This document shows positions 32,211-33,321 of a stretch of DNA of 33,321 bases, in pieces. Both the position numbers and the translations under genes were made by a program. Below the pieces are notes generated by a model. That model did no database searches and had not been told where the DNA came from. It saw nothing but the letters and a program-made list of their open reading frames with translations. Numbering within the stretch: position 1 is the stretch's first letter; each line of letters starts with the position of its first letter. The stretch covers positions 1-33,321 of the forward strand of contig DASUSF010000439.1 of NCBI GenBank assembly GCA_036375275.1. Reading direction: 5' to 3'. The stretch is from Geminicoccaceae bacterium. GTDB taxonomy: Bacteria > Pseudomonadota > Alphaproteobacteria > Geminicoccales > Geminicoccaceae.

Positions 32211-33321
32211 ATGACAAGGATCGCGAAAGCGACGGCGTGTGGACTGGCGCTCGGGCTCGGCGTCATGGCCCTCGCCGCCCCGGCCATGGCCCAGGACGCG
32301 GAAGCGGTCGCGGGCGTCGACGCTGAGACGCAGTTCGTCTTCAACACCCTCTCCTTCCTGGTCAACGGGTTCCTGGTCATGTGGATGGCCGCGGGCTTCG
32401 CCATGCTCGAAGCCGGACTGGTCAGGAAGCGGAGCGTCGGCACCCAGCTGCTCAAGAACATCGCGCTCTACGCGACCGCCGGCATCATGTTCTACCTGGT
32501 CGGCTACAACCTCATGTACCTCGGCGTCGACGGCGGGTACCTCGGCTCGTTCGCGATCTGGGGCGCGGACGACGCGGCAGCCCTGGCCGAGGAGGGCGCG
32601 GACTTCGGCGCCGGGTACGCCGCCAGCTCCGACTGGTTCTTCCAGATGGTGTTCGTCGCCACCGCCGCCTCGATCGTCTCCGGCACGCTCGCCGAGCGCA
32701 TCCGGGTCTGGCCGTTCCTCCTGTTCACGGTGGTCCTGACCGGCCTGATCTACCCGATCACCGGCTCCTGGCAGTGGGGCGGCGGCTGGCTCGCCGAGAT
32801 GGGCTTCTCCGACTTCGCGGGCTCGACGCTGGTGCATTCGGTCGGCGGATGGGCCGCGCTCGCCGGCGCGCTGCTGCTCGGCGCGCGGCGGGGCAAGTAC
32901 GCGGCCGACGGACGGGTCCAGCCGATGCTCGGCTCCTCGCTGCCGCTCGCGACGCTCGGCACCTTCATCCTCTGGCTCGGCTGGTTCGGCTTCAACGGCG
33001 GCTCGCAGCTCGCGCTCGGCAGCGCCGCGGACGCGGTCGCGATCGCCAACATCTACGTCAACACCAACCTCGCCGCCGCCGGCGGCGTGCTCGCGGCCAT
33101 GGTCCTCTCCGAGGTGATCTACAAGAAGATCGACCTCTCGATCGTCCTCAACGGCGCGATCGGCGGCCTGGTCTCGATCACCGCCGAGCCGCTCATGCCG
33201 ACCCCCGGCCTCGCGATCCTGATCGGCGCGGTCGGCGGCGCGATCATCGTGTTCGCGGTGCCCATGCTCGACCGGTTCAGGATCGACGACGTGGTCGGCG
33301 CGATCCCCGCCCACCTGCTGT
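32211..33321 (+). CDS. amt: ammonium transporter (Amt family), 3'-truncated by the window end
   Basis: This is my own translation; the ORF is open-ended and absent from the track. ATG at 32211 lies 6 nt after GGAG and encodes signal peptide MTRIAKATACGLALGLGVMALAAPAMA. The core reads FVFNTLSFLVNGFLVMWMAAGFAMLEAG...DFAGSTLVHSVGGWAAL...FILWLGWFGFNGGSQ. Confidence 0.9.
   Translation, partial: MTRIAKATACGLALGLGVMALAAPAMAQDAEAVAGVDAETQFVFNTLSFLVNGFLVMWMAAGFAMLEAGLVRKRSVGTQLLKNIALYATAGIMFYLVGYNLMYLGVDGGYLGSFAIWGADDAAALAEEGADFGAGYAASSDWFFQMVFVATAASIVSGTLAERIRVWPFLLFTVVLTGLIYPITGSWQWGGGWLAEMGFSDFAGSTLVHSVGGWAALAGALLLGARRGKYAADGRVQPMLGSSLPLATLGTFILWLGWFGFNGGSQLALGSAADAVAIANIYVNTNLAAAGGVLAAMVLSEVIYKKIDLSIVLNGAIGGLVSITAEPLMPTPGLAILIGAVGGAIIVFAVPMLDRFRIDDVVGAIPAHLL

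Noticed and set aside
1-33321. A window-wide look for tRNA, rRNA, riboswitch-like leaders, IS or transposase, integrase, toxin-antitoxin, retron or DGR signatures.
   Set aside because: I could recognise none by eye. Every large interval is filled by family-assignable genes, and the few intergenic regions are described above. This is a visual negative only; tRNAscan, Infernal and ISfinder-type searches were not possible.

Overview
This is a very GC-rich chromosomal segment (about 70% G+C by eye, not computed) with strong GC3 codon bias. The gene content and repeat style suggest an alphaproteobacterium-like organism. All family calls rest on motifs I could read in the translations; no searches were run.

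I can support about 30 protein-coding genes, almost all ordinary metabolism and transport:
- **252-3043 (minus strand):** an array of GstB-like glutathione S-transferase, aldo/keto reductase, DUF72 and DUF1232 genes.
- **3276-5216:** a two-HKD phospholipase D / cardiolipin-synthase-like gene and one unassignable hypothetical.
- **5468-10700:** a gamma-glutamyl-polyamine set (amidotransferase-type hydrolase, glutamine-synthetase-like ligase, SpuC-like aminotransferase), interrupted by a VanZ-family gene and repeat elements.
- **10953-15404:** a sterol-desaturase-family protein, a MATE efflux pump and a stand-alone polysaccharide tyrosine autokinase.
- **15804-19423:** a peptide/nickel-type ABC importer (binding protein plus two permeases) with no ATPase gene.
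- **19583-22125:** a PCu(A)C copper chaperone with a His/Gly repeat tail, converging on a YVTN beta-propeller and a PDZ-less S41-peptidase-like pair.
- **22357-27260:** a TRAP transporter (P, extended Q, M) translationally coupled to an amidase.
- **27298-33321:** a small membrane protein, pyruvate kinase, and two ammonium transporters flanking a UbiH/Coq6-family hydroxylase. Both transporters have sigma-54-type promoters and neither has a glnK.

I saw no rRNA, tRNA, CRISPR array, transposase, integrase, phage gene or recognisable defence system.

The signals the gene list does not explain are:
- an inverted pair of ~160-bp two-hairpin repeats with compensatory stem changes, bracketing the aminotransferase + VanZ module;
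- the periplasmic beta-propeller / S41-like / PCu(A)C neighbourhood;
- a 143-residue, 4-helix N-terminal extension on the TRAP small subunit, and the TRAP-amidase coupling;
- a perfect 17-bp direct repeat at the TRAP ribosome-binding site.

None of these is strong enough to call a new biological system from sequence alone.
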